A stretch of DNA of 64,000 bases from Octopus sinensis (lineage: Eukaryota): NCBI RefSeq assembly GCF_006345805.1, contig NC_043011.1:35290464-35354463 (forward strand), read 5' to 3'. The notes beneath the pieces were generated by a model. The model searched no databases. It saw only the letters and a program-made list of their open reading frames with translations, and was not told where the DNA came from. Of the stretch, positions 28,007 through 40,891 are shown in pieces (the first letter of the stretch is position 1; each line of letters opens with the position of its first letter). The translations under genes and the position numbers were made by a program.

Positions 28007-28478
28007 CTGTAAGAAAATATTAAAATAATTATCAATTCATACTTAACATTAAAACACATAAATGTTAACCGAGCAGCTTAGAGAGAGAGAGAGAGAGAGA
28101 CATTAAAAGACATTTTTAATTTTTTTTTTACGAAACGAAATGGATTTAAATTGAAGTATTTTGCTATTGGGTGATTAAGGCAGTTTCGAGGTTTCCTTTT
28201 GCAAATTCTCGTTCATATTTTACGATCAGAAAAAGAAAGTAAAACAAAGAGAAAGGTGCATTTTTTTTTTAACATTAAGACATTAAGTAGCCCAACTGCA
28301 CTCAAACGAAAGCTTCGTTGCTATTGATAATGCGCTGCGTGTATATGACTACATATATATATATACAGACACCTACGTATATACATATACATACATATAT
28401 ATATTACATGTACATATATATACATACATGCGTACTTATATAGATACATATGTATTTATATCTATATCTATATCTATA

Positions 28479-28523
<45 letters not shown>

Positions 28524-28759
28524 ATATATATATATATTTTTTTTTTGAGTATATGCATGTATATACGTAAATATGTATATATGAATATATGCATATGTAT
28601 ACATATATATGTATATATAAAGTGAGATGATTGAAAGGAATCTATTCCTCCATTTTCTTATTTGTATATATATATATATATATAAGTATATTTTAACCTC
28701 TAATTAAATATATATTTATATATATGTTATATATATAAATTTAGATATATATATATTAT

Positions 28760-28817
<58 letters not shown>

Positions 28818-28887
28818 TATATTTTAACCTCTAATTAAATATATATTTATATATATGTTATATATATAAATTTAGATATATATATTC

Positions 28888-28931
<44 letters not shown>

Positions 28932-29521
28932 CACCTACGTATATACATATACATACATATATATATATACATATATACATATATATAAGTATATATATAA
29001 ATATGTTTATGTATATATGTGTGTTTGTGTGTTTTGTGTGTGTATGCTTAATCTTAAAATGAAAAAAAAAACACAAACCTTGAGCGAAACATTAAGACAT
29101 TTAAAATTTTTTTTTTCTTCTTACTGATGAAAAAGGATTTAAATTAAAAGTATTCTGCTGTTGGATGATTAAGGTAGTTGCCAGGTTTCATCTATATGAT
29201 TCGAATGAACAGAAAACAAAGACAAAGACTAGCGAGGGAACAACAAGTAGATGTGGTGGGGGACACGTGAGCTTGCATGTGTATATATGCATGTATGTTT
29301 GAACAAAAGTTATGTAGAAGTACAAACAAACAGAATAACCGAAAGAAACACACATAGAATATCGCTAAATCCTCATCAATTATCGTCCAAAGGATCACAA
29401 CAATTTCGCGCCCTTAACGTTAATATTGTTCCCCTCTGCTGGCGTCAACGACGAGAAGCCATTCGGAAATAGCGTGCAAGCAAACAAGGGACCGAATACG
29501 ACGTATGTATGTGTGTACGTG

Positions 29522-29828
29522 TGGGGGGCACATGGCCTAGTGGTTAGAGCAGCGGACACGCGGTCGAGGGATCACGGGTTCGAATCTCAGACCGGGCGAT
29601 GTGTGTGTCTATGAGCGACACACCTAAGCTCCACGCAGTTCCGAAAGAAGGTAATGGCGAACTTCTGCTGACTCTTTCACTACAATTTTCTCTCAATCTT
29701 TCCTCCTGCATCCTGCAGCTCACCTGCGACGGACCGGCGTCCCGTCCAGGTGGAGAACCTATACGCCAAGGAAAGCGGGAAACCGGCCCTAATGAGCCAG
29801 GCGTGGTTCGAGAAGGAACAAACAACAA
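29522..29828 (+). mobile_element. SINE family D (tRNA head plus V-domain-like body); second copy at 39680-39965 (-)
   Basis: Head tggcctagtggttagagc...gggttcgaatctc and body cctgcgacggaccggcgtcccgtccagg. Confidence 0.75.
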
Positions 29829-29829
29829 A

Positions 29830-29966
29830 ACATGTATGTATGCATGTATGTATGTATGTATGCTTGTATGTATGTATGTGTATATGTATGTTGTATGTAT
29901 GTATGTATGTAGTATGTATGTATGTATGTATGCATACATGTATGTATGCTTGTATGTATGTATGTG

Positions 29967-29998
<32 letters not shown>

Positions 29999-30109
29999 TG
30001 TATGCATGTATGTATGTATGCTTGTATGTATGTAAGTGTATATGTATGTATGTATGTATGTATTATGTATGTATGTATGCATGTATGTATGCTTGTATGT
30101 ATGTATGTG

Positions 30110-30141
<32 letters not shown>

Positions 30142-30170
30142 TGTTTGTATGTTTGTATGTATGTATGTAT
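29830..30170. repeat. (TATG)n microsatellite
   Basis: Direct reading. Confidence 0.95.
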
Positions 30171-30214
30171 GACAGAAACAACAAAAATAGCAACAAATCT
30201 GTGACGATATTAAC

Positions 30215-30362
30215 CAATTCTTTTCTGGATATTTGTGGCATTTGTTTCATGAGTCGGTCAAAGACCAGCCATGACTTTTGCGGATTATCGGAACTATACT
30301 GCTCCAGGATTGATACGAACTCTCGATGATCATCTTCACTCCAGCCGCCGTATTCGCCATGC
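30215..30362 (-). CDS. CCDC148: CCDC148-like coding exon
   Basis: Acceptor ttttttcgttgtag|G and donor TTG|gttaat. Encodes [18 protein letters not shown]...[18 protein letters not shown] (cf. LSEEDHWIYQAILDQY...LYLDMLQRYFPHKSRHDL). Confidence 0.9.
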
Positions 30363-30879
30363 CTACAACGAAAAAATACACGTAAAGAATCTGAGCCAAA
30401 AAGGAATAAGGAAGTGTACCTAAGGATTGAAGAAATTGGAGTTCTGTAGCGTATTCCGATAGCAAATTCATCACATGACGATGTTTTAGCTTTCATGTGC
30501 CAGCATCGATTATACATACATATATACATACATACATACATGCATACATACATATATATATGTGTGTGTGTGTGTGTGTATACATATATATGTGTGTGTG
30601 TATGCGTATGCATGCATTTATGTATGTAGATGTTTGTGTTTGTAAATAGTGTGTTCCTACCACTTATTGTGTCACGTTAAGGAAAGTCAAAGCAAGAAAG
30701 ATTTGGTGGTGGTGTAGAAGGAGAGATATCTGTGTCTACATACGTATGTACATATATATACACACACATATGTATATATATATATATATATTCAATATAC
30801 ATATATGTATATTTATGTGTGTATATATATCACACACACGCATATATACATTTATATATACATATATATATATATATAT

Positions 30880-31264
30880 ACAATTTTAAAATACGATAAA
30901 ATCTTTACAAGAAATTATCAAGTAGTTAGCGTGAAAAACCTCATAAGGGAAAAGTTTTCCTTTTAAATATATATATATTTATATTTAGGGCATTACTATA
31001 CATAAATGCCTCACGCTAGGAGGGACTCTTAAAGTCAAAACTACCATAATAAACACATTGTACCAAACGCGAGGGAATGTGTGGCCATGTGGCAATCCCC
31101 AGTTAGGGACCCAATACTGCGTCCACACAAATTATAGCCGCACCTGGGGACGGTTAGATTGATCTGGCAAGCGCACAGCCTCTGGTGCAATGTGGCACTG
31201 ACCACTCGAAAACCCCTCGCGTTCGGTACAATGTGTTTATTATGGTAGTTTTGACTTTAAGAGT
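30880..31264 (-). mobile_element. Fold-back cassette (51-bp arms 31025-31075 / 31214-31264) plus tail
   Basis: actcttaaagtcaaaactaccataataaacacattgtacc(a/g)aacgcgaggg inverted, 1 mismatch. Confidence 0.7.
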
Positions 31265-31302
31265 TCATGCAATACGCTCGAATTTCGTCTCCTTTTCCTT
31301 AC

Positions 31303-31498
31303 CTTAAAATGTCCCTGTTACTGTCTTTCAGACTCTGGAACTTGTCGTTGTATTTTTCATCTATGACTAAGAATTCCTTCAAAACACGACTCTTCAGATC
31401 TTCATCCGGGCACTCCAAATCTATGGCTTCCCAAGGAATCCCTTGTACAGGTTTCTGAATGCAATCTGAATTTGTTAAAGACACTATGACTTCTCGAC
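31303..31498 (-). CDS. CCDC148: CCDC148-like coding exon
   Basis: Acceptor tattttcag|GT and donor AG|gtaagg. Encodes GIPWEAIDLECPDEDLKSRVLKEF...EKY (cf. LESLECPYPDLKSSILSEF). Confidence 0.9.
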
Positions 31499-33129
31499 CT
31501 GAAAATATAGACAGAAGAACCGAACAAAAGAACATAAATGCCTCTTGAGTTCATTTTGATTTCAAAATCAACTATAATAGAACGCTATGCAAATAGTAGC
31601 TTGCACCTAAGTGGTAAACACAAGGTGAGGGATAGAGAGAGGTGATAAAGCGACAGAGATGAGAAAGGACCTGAAAATAAGTTGGTTTATAGCGACAGTA
31701 GCTTGGTAGGTGGAAGTGTGGCTAGACTACAACGGTAACAGCTTACAAAGAGGCTTACAGAGGCTTAATCTCAAGTCATGGATCACAAAGAACTAAATAG
31801 AAAATTCCATGTTGTTAGAACGAAATTTTTCTCTTCGGCTTTTCATCTCTCCGATAAGATAAATAAGTACCAGGTTTGTAAGTATCATGTTGTCTTCTTC
31901 TTCTTCTTCTTCTTCTTCCAACCAGGACTCATGCCATTAGCCACAAAGAATAATCTCTAATTCGAGCCTACTCTAAGCTACTAAGAATGCATGTGGCAAC
32001 TTGAAGATCCACCCACCACACGCGATAGACTGACGGTTGCACGGGCACAAAAGCTACGTTGTTATCCTTATTCCGTAAACGGTGGCTTTTAACGGGTGGA
32101 GAGCTGAACCATCCTGGGGTACAGCGGATTCGCAATCTAGACTAGGGTCTGAAAGTTTACCACACCATAGTGGGTTACACCATGGTTCCTCTGCTTTGTG
32201 GCAGAAGTAGGAAGAAGGATTGAGAGAAAGTTGTGGTGAAAGAGTATAGCGGGGTTCACCCCCCCCACCCCTACGCCGGAGCCTTGTGGAGCTTAAGTGC
32301 TTTTGCTCAATAAACACTCACAATGCCCGGTCTGGGAATCGAAACAGCGTTCTTACGACCACGAGTCCGTTGCCCTAACCACTGGGCCATTGCGCCTCCA
32401 CTCGTGTTGTTGTTGATGATGATGTCTATATAATCATGAACCAGGTATAAATACACATTTTAACTTTCTTACTCTCGACCCAGTGAAATATCCAAGATGT
32501 GGCTGTTGGAAGAACTGAGAGTTATGCATGCATCTTGGTTGATATACTGAAGCAACATGAAATGAAATGCTTTGCTGAAGAAAATACGCGCCGCTCGATC
32601 AAGGAACTGAACCCGCGATCTTGCAGTCAGGAGTCGAACACACTAACCACTATGTCATGTGTAACTAATACAAACACGTATCTAATATGTTCGAAGTTAG
32701 AGATGGAACATGAATATAAGCTGTACAAGTTATAACAATAACCCTAGTAGAGCAACAGATGACCTATGATCCAATCAGTTCCAGCCATGACCATCCTGTG
32801 TGATATCTTTCAAAATAATGTCTCCCGCTCTGTACTATAAACAATGTGTCCTATTTTTCAAGATGGTAAGAATGTTATTTAAGGAAGATTTTGACTGCTA
32901 TTTTTAGCAGGTCCGGCTACTGCATAGGAGGCTACTTCATTTCCTCGATGATGGAGTTGTTGTTGTTGTCATTGTAGTCGTTGTTGATGTTGTTGCTGTT
33001 GCCATCGTTATTATTGTCTTGTTTTTCCTATTTAGTCTTAGCTTAGCCCTAATCAAATATCAAACGGCCTATGCCCATAAACAATTCAATCGTGACCATT
33101 ACGTCTTAGGCTATCATACATTAATACAG

Positions 33130-34148
33130 TCTCTTGCCACACACACATAGTATTCAAAAACCTAATAAAAGGTATCAGTAAACGGATTTCGATCTTATCT
33201 TCAAATAAAGATATTTACAACGCAGCGGCTCGCGCTTATAATGAGGCGCTAGTGGCCAACGGTTTGAAGGACCATATAGTATATACACCATGATTGAGAA
33301 ACCATAAAAGAAAACGCCGCCGCAAAACCTTATGGTTCACTCCCCACTTTTCCCTAAACGTCCGGACATGCGTAAGATTTTTCTTAGGTTAGTTGATAAA
33401 CATTACACGCGATCACACAAATATAGAAAGATCTTTAACAGACATAATTTAAGAATCTCTTTCAGTTCTGCACCCGATTTTAAGAAAAAAATACTTAGCA
33501 CTCCTAAACCACGGACAGAGGCAGGTTGTTCATGCAGGATTAGAAATGAATGCCCAGTAGACGGTCGATGTAACACCAAGGTTACAGTGCACCAAGCACA
33601 GGTAGCCTCAAAAAGAAGCAGCACAAATATAAGTAACATCAATGCAAACACAGGGATATACTAAAATTTATGCCAGATTTTGTGAATCCAAATTTCAAAT
33701 TTGCCTGAACAACCAGAGATCTTTCAGGGTCCCATACGTATGGTGCCTAAAGGACGATCATATGCCTTTTCACATCAGGTGGAAATTACTGGAAACTTGT
33801 GAACCTTATCGCAATGGAACAAGACTATGTAAATTGCGTATGGCATATAATCCTCTTGAACTCACTTGAGCCAGGAGGCTACCTGAATTCCAGGACGGAA
33901 ACCGTGGGGAGTTGTCCACGTTCTCGGAAATTTTTATTTCAAAATTAGAAAACCTAGCTATCAAGTGAAGGAAGACAACTCGCCCGGCCATAATTTCTTA
34001 AGAGGAATATTTCTTGAACTATCACCAGCGTTCTTGTGTTTAAAAAAAAGCATTCTTTGCAGAGAACAGTTATCGTTTAGAGAAACGGAAGAGATATCGA
34101 GTTCACGCTATGTATGAAACCAATGTTTCTTTCTAAACTGTTACTTTA
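33130..34148 (+). mobile_element. Penelope-like retroelement 3' part (RT C-terminus, Cys linker, GIY-YIG region; Naiad-like), decayed
   Basis: KGISKRISILSSNKDIYNAA...YNEAL; RKRRRKTLWF.P; KIFLRLVDKH...KIFNRHNLRISFS; CSCRIRNECPVDGRC; YVWCLKD...IRWKLLETCEPY.NG..LCKL. Degenerate hammerhead near 34085-34130, followed by (CA)n. Confidence 0.8.
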
Positions 34149-34155
34149 CACACAA

Positions 34156-34204
<49 letters not shown>

Positions 34205-34639
34205 ACACACACACACACACACACATACACACACACACACACACACATACATATATATATACTTATTTTTTAAAACTTGGTACTTATTCTATTGGTCTCT
34301 CTTTCCGAACCGCTAATTTACGGAGATGTAAACACACCAGCATCGGTTGTCAAGCGGTGGGGGAGGGGAAAAGCATCGACACAAAGACCCTGTCACACGC
34401 ACACACATACACACACACACAGATATATATGTATATATACACACATATGTATATACATACATACACTTAAACACACACACATACATACACACATATATAA
34501 ACACACATATACACACATATACACACACATATATACACACATATATAGACACACACATACTGTACTGTATATTTTAAAAATATTTTTTTAATTTGCATAT
34601 ATTTATTTTAATCATAAATTGAAAACAACACCACGGAGA

Positions 34640-34716
34640 AATCGACATGGTTTAAATAATAAACCGCGATATGTGAACTGCGATAAGTGAATCGCAATAT
34701 GGCGAGGGATTACTGT
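34640..34716. mobile_element. pogo/Tigger-like MITE end
   Basis: ...gcgatatgtgaactgcgataagtgaatcgcaatatggcgagggattactg|TA. Confidence 0.5.
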
Positions 34717-34740
34717 ATATACATATATATATTTATATAT

Positions 34741-34792
<52 letters not shown>

Positions 34793-35502
34793 TGACTACA
34801 TTATCTAATATGCCGTTTCCTTAAACAAGACAGAGCTGTGTGATTTTGAGGGGGATTTGAGTGTTATTTCTCTTGTATAATAGGTAATTTAGAATATATT
34901 TGGCGATTTAATCGATATCTTCTGAAACTGGGTGACATGTTATTAATGTAGGTAATCGATACTTTCTATTAGTGTAGATAATCAATAGCTTCTATTAATC
35001 CAGGTAATCAATACGTTCGATATAGCAAAATATCAATTCCTTAATTTTACACAATCGATGTTAGATGTTAACCCCTTTTTTTTCTTTTTTTTTGTTTCAA
35101 ATGAACAAAATTAAGACAGGCACAAGTATGACTGTGATGTTAAGAAGCTCGCTTTGCAACCATGGGGTTTTCGGTTCAGTGCCACTGCGTGACACTTCCG
35201 GCGACTGCTTTGTATTATGTCCGCGGGTTGACCAATGCCTTGCGAGTGCATTTGATACAGGAGGAAACTGTGAGGAATCTATTGCATGTACAGATATGTG
35301 TGTGTTTTAGTGTCTGCGTACCTCAACCACCGCCGACAACAACAACAACGACGCCTGACTGCATTTTTTTAATATGTCCCCGTAGCTTAGAAGTGGGAGC
35401 AATATTCCATTCTAGGTCTCGCCTGGGCTTTCAATCTCCTCTAAAACATGGCATTCTATGTTTTTGAAAGAAAAACATACATAGCATAAAGTAGTTCAAT
35501 AT

Positions 35503-35951
35503 ACAGGGTGGCTACAAAGCTACTCCCCATGGGAGATATCAAGTATGCTTTATTAGCAACGAAGTAGGCAATCCGTTACAAATGCTCAAAGTGTTGGCCA
35601 CGGAGCTCAAAACAAGTGGTCATACGGAATTTGAAATTGCGATGAACCCTCTCGAATAGCTTTTCATTGCCGTTGACTTGTTCACACGCTTCAATAATTC
35701 TTTGAAGATGTCCTTGGTCACGAACCTTCTCAGAATACACAAGGGATTTTATGCAGCCCCAGAAGAAAATGTCCATGGGAGTTAAATCTGGCGACCGTGG
35801 TGCCCATTCAATTGGCCCGCGACTCCCGAGCCATCTCCCTGGAAAATGTTTATTCAGAAAATCACGAACCCGTAATGCATAATGGGGTGGAGCCCCATCC
35901 TGCTGAAACCAGACAGGATTTCCCCTTCCAAGTGAAAGCACATGGGGGATC
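35503..35951 (-). mobile_element. Tc1/mariner DD41D (rosa/Visitor) transposase 3' fragment with one TIR
   Basis: WFQQDGAPPH...WAPRSPDLTPMD has exactly 41 residues between the second and third D. TIR TA|cagggtggctacaaa. Truncated by a SINE array. Confidence 0.85.
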
Positions 35952-36436
35952 ATCTTATTTCTTTATTGCCCACAAGGTGCTAAACATAGAGGGGACAAAC
36001 AAGGACAGACAAACGGATTAAATCGATTACATCGACCCCAGTGCGTAACTGGTACTTAATTTATCGACCCCGAAAGGATGAAAGGCAAAGTCAACCTAGG
36101 CGGAATTTGAACTCAGAAGGTAGCGGCAGACGAAATACCTATTTCTTTACTTCCCACAAGGTGCTAAACATAGAGGGGACAAACAAGGACAGACAAACGG
36201 ATTAAATCGATTACATCGACCCCAGTGCGTAACTGGTACTTAATTTATCGACCCCGAAAGGATGAAAGGCAAAGTCAACCTAGGCGGAATTTGAACTCAG
36301 AAGGTAGCGGCAGACGAAATACCTATTTCTTTACTACCCACAAGGGGCTAAACACAGAGAGGACAAACAAGGACAGACAAACGGATTAAGTCGATTATAT
36401 CGACCCCAGTGCGTAACTAGTACTTATTTAATCGAA
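35952..36436 (-). mobile_element. Tandem array of SINE family B body units (~180 bp x 2.6)
   Basis: Near-identical units cccacaagg.gctaaaca.agag.ggacaaac...gacgaaatacctatttcttt. Confidence 0.9.
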
Positions 36437-36880
36437 AGAAAGATGAGAAGAAGAAGGAGAAGAAGAAGAAGAAGTAGAAGAAGAAGAAGGAGAGAGAGGA
36501 GGAGGAGGAGGAAGGGGAGAGTAAGAAGAAGAAGAAAGGGGAGGAGAAGAAGAAGAAAGAGGGGAATGGGGAGGAGGAGAAGAAGAAGAAGAAGAAGAAG
36601 AAGAAAGAGGAGAAGAAGTAGAAGAAGAAGAAGAAAGAGGAGAAGAAGTAGAAAAAGAAGAAGAAGGAGAAGAAGAAGACGAAGAAAGAGGAGAAGAAGA
36701 AAACGAAGAAAGAGGAGAAGAAGTAGAAAAAGAAGAAGAAGGAGAAGAAGAAGACGAAGAAAGAGGAGAAGAAGAAGACGAAGAAAGAGGAGAAGAAGAA
36801 TTAGAAGATGAAGATGAAGGTGAAGAAGAAGAAGAAGAAGAAGAAGAAGAAGAAGAAGAAGAACAACAACAACAACAACA
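36437..36880. repeat. (GAA)n/(GGA)n polypurine tract
   Basis: Direct reading. Confidence 0.95.
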
Positions 36881-37343
36881 TACTAACCAACATAAGTTAA
36901 AACACTGCTTTTATCTCTAATAGAGATTTTCTTAACGAACTTGTTTGTTAATTTGCAAAGCCAGGGACTGTGTGACACTGTTTTTCTATATATTGCAAGC
37001 TAGGGTGAATTACTGCTATGTCTAGCAGACAAGTATCCATCACTAAGATGATTATATAAGATCGAAATCACTTGATTTCATGGTCTCTGAGCTAGGTAGT
37101 TCCCTCGCCGCTTGTATCGAGCGAAGCGCACTGAATAACCACGTGTAGGAGGATTCCTCTTGGGGTTAATATAGCAGTATCGACTGTTCTTATAGAACAC
37201 CCACGCTTAGGTCGCGATAAACATCACCTCTTATATATTTATAAGGCCAACAGGTTTTGGGATCTGACGATACGCCATAAAGCTAAACCCTTTATGGACG
37301 GGAAACCTAAGGTAATCCCATAGACCGGCCTTTCTTATTTTTA

Positions 37344-37383
<40 letters not shown>

Positions 37384-37741
37384 CGGTGTGTATAAACATT
37401 TACGACACTAACTGTAATTACTTACATTATTTACATTTGACGGATATCTTGTGCCTAAATTATTTAAAATATTTTGTGTATTGTAGAAGTATATGAAATT
37501 TATTGCACATAAATTTCAACAAACCTTATATGAACCCCCAAGGGCCATGTAGACCCCGGTTGAGAACCTATGCCATAACGAAATCGATAAACGAAGTCCT
37601 GTGCTTTCACCACAATATCCTGTTTGGGGAGCTTCTCTGAGACAAAAATATTTCACTTAGTACTGCTCTATATTTGTATACACATTATAAATACATACAC
37701 ACACTAGTATTTTAACCCAAGGTTGTTTCAAGTGTGTATAC

Positions 37742-37955
37742 TCTCTTTTACTCTCTCTTTTACTTGTTTCAGTCATTTGACTGCGGCCATGCTGGAGCAC
37801 CGCCTTTAGTCGATCAAATCGACCCCGGAACTTATTCTTTGTAAGCCCAGTACTTATTCTATCGGTCTCTTTTGCCGAACCGCTAAGTGGCGGGGACGTA
37901 GACACACCAGCATCGGTTGTCAAGCAATGCTAGGGGGACAAACACAGACACACAA

Positions 37956-38002
<47 letters not shown>

Positions 38003-38163
38003 CGACAGGCTTCTTTCAGTTTCCGTCTACCAAATCCACTCACAAGGCATTGGTCGGCCCGGGGCTATAGCAGAAGACACTTGCCCAAGATGCCACGCAG
38101 TGGGACTGAACCCGCAACCATGTGGTTGGTTAGCAAGCTACTTACCACACAGCCACTCCTGCG
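37742..38163 (-). mobile_element. SINE family A, full length
   Basis: Matches 883-1300 in reverse. Confidence 0.9.
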
Positions 38164-38474
38164 TATATGTGTATATTTTATTTCATTTTTAACAGCTTTC
38201 GCAGAAATCAGTAAATGTTTTCTTTATCGATTCTCATAGCAGAACATGCATTTTCCGGCTTTGCACTGAACATTTGCGGTAGTCATTACTTGCAGAAACC
38301 AAATGCCTTGCTTGAAACCACCACTATTTTGAATGAAACTCTGTGCCTTCACCAGTTTCTCAAACAACTACTGCTCTTCTACATTTGTTCCATATCATAA
38401 ATTTGCATACAAATCGGTATTTTAATGTAAAACTGTTTTAAGCGCGTATATTTAATACTGGAATTGGAACTGGA

Positions 38475-38856
38475 AGCACTCCGTCGGTTACGACGACGAG
38501 GGTTCCGGTTGATCCGATCAACGGAACAGCCTGCTCGTGAAATTAACGTGTAAGTGGCTGAGCACTCCACAGACACGTGTACCCTTAACGTAGTTCTCGG
38601 GGGATATTCAGCGTGACACAGAGAGTGACAAGGCCGGCCCTTTTGAAATACAGGTACAACAGAAACAGGAAGTAAGAGTGAGAGAAAGTTGTGGTGAAAG
38701 AGTACAGCAGGGATCACCACCATCCCCTGCTGGAGCCTCGTGGAGCTTTTAGGTGTTCTCGCTCAATAGACACACACAACGCCCGGTCTGGGAATCGAAA
38801 CCGCGATCCTATGACCGCGAGTCCGCTGCTCTAACCACTGGGCCATTGCGCCTCCA
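38475..38856 (-). mobile_element. SINE family C (tRNA-Arg-like head), full length
   Basis: Head gtggaggcgcaatggcccagtggttag...ggactcgcggtc...ggtttcgattccc. Other copies at 40892-41274, 51625-51993 and 32200-32401. Confidence 0.9.
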
Positions 38857-39342
38857 CAAATACTAGATGCAATGTTTAATACAAGATGCAATGTTATTAC
38901 CAGTTCAAACTGGTCTAGGAATATCCATTCTATTTGATTACACCGAGAAATTTCCTCCATGGCGAAACACACAGTTCGAACGTACCTCAAGCATACCTAC
39001 GCTCCCAATCCGTAATTTAATTCTAGACCCCCTAGCTTTTGCATACATCAGTAACTGTTTCCTTCACTGATATCTATACTGGAAGAAATTATCCTCGGCC
39101 TTACTCAGAATGTCTAGGGTATTCGTGACTGAGAAGACGGAATTATCTCGAAACACCGACTCTGTTTCTTTTGTTCTTTATTTTTTTTTATCAAACATGT
39201 CTGTTTAAAAAGCTTTCCTTAGACAACATATCACAACTGTTACCGTTCCCCATTATAATTGTGCGTGCATGCGGATATTTTAATCTCAATCTGTTTCAAA
39301 TGCGTATATTAATTTAAAGAAATATAAAAACACACTTCTTAC

Positions 39343-39530
39343 AGATATCATTAATTTCGTCTTCAAGACTTCTTTGTTCCATGGCAAGCTTGTACAGAAT
39401 CGCTTGTTGCTGCTCTTTCACTGATGAAATAACGTCTCCAATTTCCCTGGCGTTCTTCTGCACTGACCTCGTTTTCGTTTTGTTAATGGGGCCAGTTACA
39501 TTTTCGCACAACCAAACCTTCAGGTCTTCA
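39343..39530 (-). CDS. CCDC148: CCDC148-like coding exon
   Basis: Acceptor ctttctcttcttccttgaag|T and donor T|gtaaga. Encodes (Y)EDLKVWLCE...VKEQQQAILYKLAMEQRSLEDEI (cf. RADLKY...[23 protein letters not shown]). Phases 2/1 match both neighbours. Confidence 0.85.
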
Positions 39531-40891
39531 CTTCAAGGAAGAAGAGAAAGAATACAACAATGAATAAATGAACGAGGTAAACTGAATTAAAATAGCAAAT
39601 ATATATATATATATTATATATAATATTATATCATATTATATTATATGTATGTATTATGTACGATTTTATGTGAATATATTGTTTGTTCATTCTCGAGTCA
39701 TGCCTGACTCATAAGGGTCGGTTTCCCGGTTTCCTTGGCGTATAGGTTCCCCACCTGGACGGGACGCCGGTCCATCGCAGGTGAGTTGCAAGATGCAGGA
39801 GGAAAGAGTGAGAGAAAGTTGTGGTGAAAGAGTCAGCAGAAGTTCGCCATTACCTTCTGCCGGGGCCGCACGGAGCTTAGGTGTTTCGCTCATAAACACA
39901 CACATCACTCGGTATGAGATTCGAACCCGCGATCCCTCGACCGCGAGTCCGCTGCTCTAACCACATGAGAATATATATATATATATATATCCACATAAAC
40001 ACACACATACATACACACACACACACAATTGCTGGCTTTGTGCCTATAGTAAAAAGGATTATTCTTCTTCTTGTGTTAATATGTAAGGATGTAATCGATG
40101 TATTTCCTTTAAATTCTAGATTTTTCTCTGAGTTTTCTAATGAAGGCAAAGCAATGTTTGTAAACAAGGAAGTTTGGAAAATTTGAACGGCTTCCTACTT
40201 GTATAGAGAAAAGATTTAACTTTTAGTCATTTATTTTATATTTAAAGAAAAAATTGTTCATATTTGCCTGTCCACCTATTCGTCTGTTCGTCCATCTTAC
40301 GTTATTTCAATGCTTTCATAAGACAAGACATTCTTGTAGAATTCGAAGAAATATTCTATGCTGGCGTCATTACTATCATGATTTTTCACGACAAACAATT
40401 AAAGGAAGATAATATCTTTGATATTTTTTTCTTTGTTCTATATTTCGTTAGAAAATTTCGATCCAGTTTCATTATGACGTCATAATTTGCCGATTTCCTT
40501 TATAAATATGTGGTCGATGATTTTCAAGTATTTTTATTTGGCGAAACAATAAAAAAAAATGTGTATTTATCTGAAATTATTCATTGAATTCACAGCTACA
40601 ACGGAAGGAATAAAAGGCTTGTATTTTATCTTTGGTCAAAGTTTATTTTTTTCCTCGTACACCACCGAACAAAGAAATGACTGTGAACATTTCTCTTTCA
40701 AATACAATAGAGCGTACAATGAAAGAAAAATGATAAAGACAGCGAAATGTGAAGACGTATGAGAAAAGTCATGAAAATATACCACATTTGTTAAAAACTA
40801 CAACCAGCATAACATGTTTCCGACAATTCAATGTAGTTGCTTTACCCTCTTGAAACTACATACTTTTGTGATGGACAATGTATATTACAAA

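Noticed and set aside
33280-33300. In-frame TGA as selenocysteine in the Penelope remnant
   Set aside because: The copy is frameshifted and decayed, so a single TGA is uninformative without a family consensus.
36443-36811. Protamine-like poly-arginine ORF
   Set aside because: Translation of a (GAA)n/(GGA)n tract following a SINE array; no non-repetitive coding context.
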